In this document: positions 62,432-64,000 of the stretch, piece by piece
Layout: each line of letters begins with the position of its first letter
Position numbering within the stretch: the stretch's first letter is position 1
Assembly (NCBI GenBank): GCA_051439505.1
Contig: JBFRWI010000160.1
Coordinates: 1 to 64,000, forward strand
DNA: 64,000 nt
Reading direction: 5' to 3'
Source of the DNA: Hormoscilla sp.
GTDB lineage: Bacteria; Cyanobacteriota; Cyanobacteriia; Cyanobacteriales; Desertifilaceae
Position numbers and translations under genes: made by a program
The notes under the pieces: generated by a model
The model's input: the letters and a program-made list of their open reading frames with translations, nothing else
Databases searched by the model: none
Told to the model about the DNA's origin: nothing

Positions 62432-62968
62432 TTAACCGGCTCCCGGGGGCCAGGTAGTGAACAAGAAAACCACAACAGCAGAGATCGCCAACAAGCCCTC
62501 AATCACGTTTCCCACGAGGGAACCCACGACAATGCCAATTCCGGCTCTAAAGGCGAGCTTAATTCGCGGCTCGAACTCCAAATTCTTGCGGTAGATAAAC
62601 TCGCCAATAAATGCCCCCAACAGGGGTCCGACCAACATTCCCACCAAGGGTCCGCCAAAGGGCAAAGCTGGCAACAACCCTAAAATTCCTAGCACTAAGC
62701 CGATGGTCGCCCCCATTTGCCCCCATTTGCTAGCACCTGCCTGTTTTGCTCCCACATAAGTTGCCACAAAATCAGTTCCCATACTTAGCACCAACACTAC
62801 GAAAGCAACTCCCAGGGCCCAGCTGACCGTGCCAAAACCAGTCAGCCAGCCCCAAATGGCGATCGCCGTTAAAATCAAGATGGCTCCGGGAAGAGCGGGA
62901 ACAAATGACCCGACAATGCCCACAAACATGACCGCCACTAACAGCCAATAAATAACTACTGTACTCAT
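62432..62968 (-). CDS. DUF456 family membrane protein
   Basis: P.LPG, GAKQAGASKWG and GP..GAFIGE motifs. Confidence 0.9.
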   Translation of the reverse strand: MSTVVIYWLLVAVMFVGIVGSFVPALPGAILILTAIAIWGWLTGFGTVSWALGVAFVVLVLSMGTDFVATYVGAKQAGASKWGQMGATIGLVLGILGLLPALPFGGPLVGMLVGPLLGAFIGEFIYRKNLEFEPRIKLAFRAGIGIVVGSLVGNVIEGLLAISAVVVFLFTTWPPGAG

Positions 62969-63035
62969 GTTTCAGTTTGTTTCATCACTTAAATTGCGAC
63001 TACGCTGTCGCGCAGTTAAATTGCATCGGCCCAAG

Positions 63036-63163
63036 GGGTGTGGTCAAAAGTAGTTGATAGCTGGGTGCGGACGCTCGATGCCTGATAGCCCGCGCAGGCG
63101 GGCTTAGTTCGAGTAGCCGGGCCCTTTAGGGTTCGGGCTACCAACTGGCGCAAGACCACACCC
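63036..63163. mobile_element. MITE (128 bp), TIR GGGTGTGGTC, 9-bp TSD CGGCCCAAG, carrying the AGCCCGC double-hairpin repeat
   Basis: TSD copies at 63027-63035 and 63164-63172. Confidence 0.92.
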
Positions 63164-63188
63164 CGGCCCAAGAGCTGAAACTCATGCT

Positions 63189-63875
63189 CTAAGGGGCTTT
63201 CCCAATTTTGAATTCTGAATTTTGAATTTTGAATTGCTTAAGGGTGTCTGCTAGTTTATCAGCAATTCCCTCTATCCATTTTTCATCCTGACGGGTATAG
63301 GAGCGCGGGGCATTTGCTGCCAAGATCAGCACCCCCTCTTTGCCGATGGGTTGACAAATTACCCCTTGCGTGTTAATAGGTAAATAATCAAATTCAATTT
63401 TGCCAGGATAAAGCTTCAGGTTCACCAGGTAGACGGGTTTTTGCTTGTCGAGAACCCGTTGGACGATCGGGCCGGGTTGGACTTGAGCCGATGGGCCCAG
63501 GATACCGCGACGCAAGAGCACCTTTCCTCGATAATAGACCAGGAGCGATCGGGTGGCGGTATTGGTCAGCAACAGACTGGAAGCCCAAGCAAGTTCGGTT
63601 TTCACCATCTCTGGTAACTCTAATGCTAACTCAAAACCCTCTTCACCCACTAGCTGCACGGCATCAGGAGTTTTGGGCTGTACCTGCTGCCAAAGCAGAC
63701 CTGTTAAGATCAGCACCGCACTAATAATCACCCCCAAGGCATCAGAACGGGTCTGCCAAGTTGTCAGCTGGGCGGTGGCTAAGCGGTTAATCATCAACAG
63801 CGTACCCCCGAGGGCACCTACCCAGATGGGCATCAGCCGCAATAGATAATTTGGATCTGGTTTTCTAGAAGTCAT
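63189..63875 (-). CDS. Cofactor assembly of complex C subunit B (CCB2/CCB4 family)
   Basis: NRL..Q.RSD.LG, ELAWAS.LLL.NT, YPG..EF..LP..Q and R.Y...DE.W motifs; C-terminus runs through TTTTGAA heptamer repeats. Confidence 0.85.
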   Translation of the reverse strand: MTSRKPDPNYLLRLMPIWVGALGGTLLMINRLATAQLTTWQTRSDALGVIISAVLILTGLLWQQVQPKTPDAVQLVGEEGFELALELPEMVKTELAWASSLLLTNTATRSLLVYYRGKVLLRRGILGPSAQVQPGPIVQRVLDKQKPVYLVNLKLYPGKIEFDYLPINTQGVICQPIGKEGVLILAANAPRSYTRQDEKWIEGIADKLADTLKQFKIQNSEFKIGKAP

Positions 63876-64000
63876 TCCCATTGAGAAAGGCGATCGCACT
63901 CACTTCTCTTTTATCGCAAAATTATCTATAATCACAACCCATCAGGGTTCTGGCTTGGGGAGAGGCTCTATATGCGTGGTTCTTCCACCGACACCGAACC

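Overview
Cyanobacterial chromosome segment. HIP1 (GCGATCGC) is abundant, and the gene content and repeat families suggest a filamentous, Oscillatoriales-like lineage (inference). Housekeeping genes: hisD, miaB, ddl, metH, rplS-tRNA-Trp-secE-nusG-rplK-rplA-rplJ-rplL, a TamB-like gene, bicA-nhaS3, two hybrid histidine kinases and an ABC exporter. These are interspersed with accessory DNA: two near-identical Rpn/DUF2887 genes, an inactivated NB-ARC/helical-repeat (NLR-like) gene, an LRR-Roc-COR (Roco) gene, an LRR-only gene, decaying toxin-antitoxin clusters, several pseudogenes and many small, nested non-autonomous mobile repeats. Top candidate for a new system is a HIP1-poor three-gene cluster (16040-20602). 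It encodes a stand-alone aldos-2-ulose dehydratase/isomerase-like cupin, a GH31 alpha-1,4-glucan-lyase-like enzyme and an exported SnoaL-like protein, i.e. a putative bacterial anhydrofructose (ascopyrone/microthecin-type) pathway. Other highlights: RBS-led internal start codons in both Rpn genes (intragenic antitoxin type); a MITE shell with 9-bp target duplications carrying different cargo; a 108-bp palindrome inserted in frame in the Roco gene; exact reconstruction of the NLR gene from two lesions. All family assignments are from motif recognition by eye; no database searches were run.
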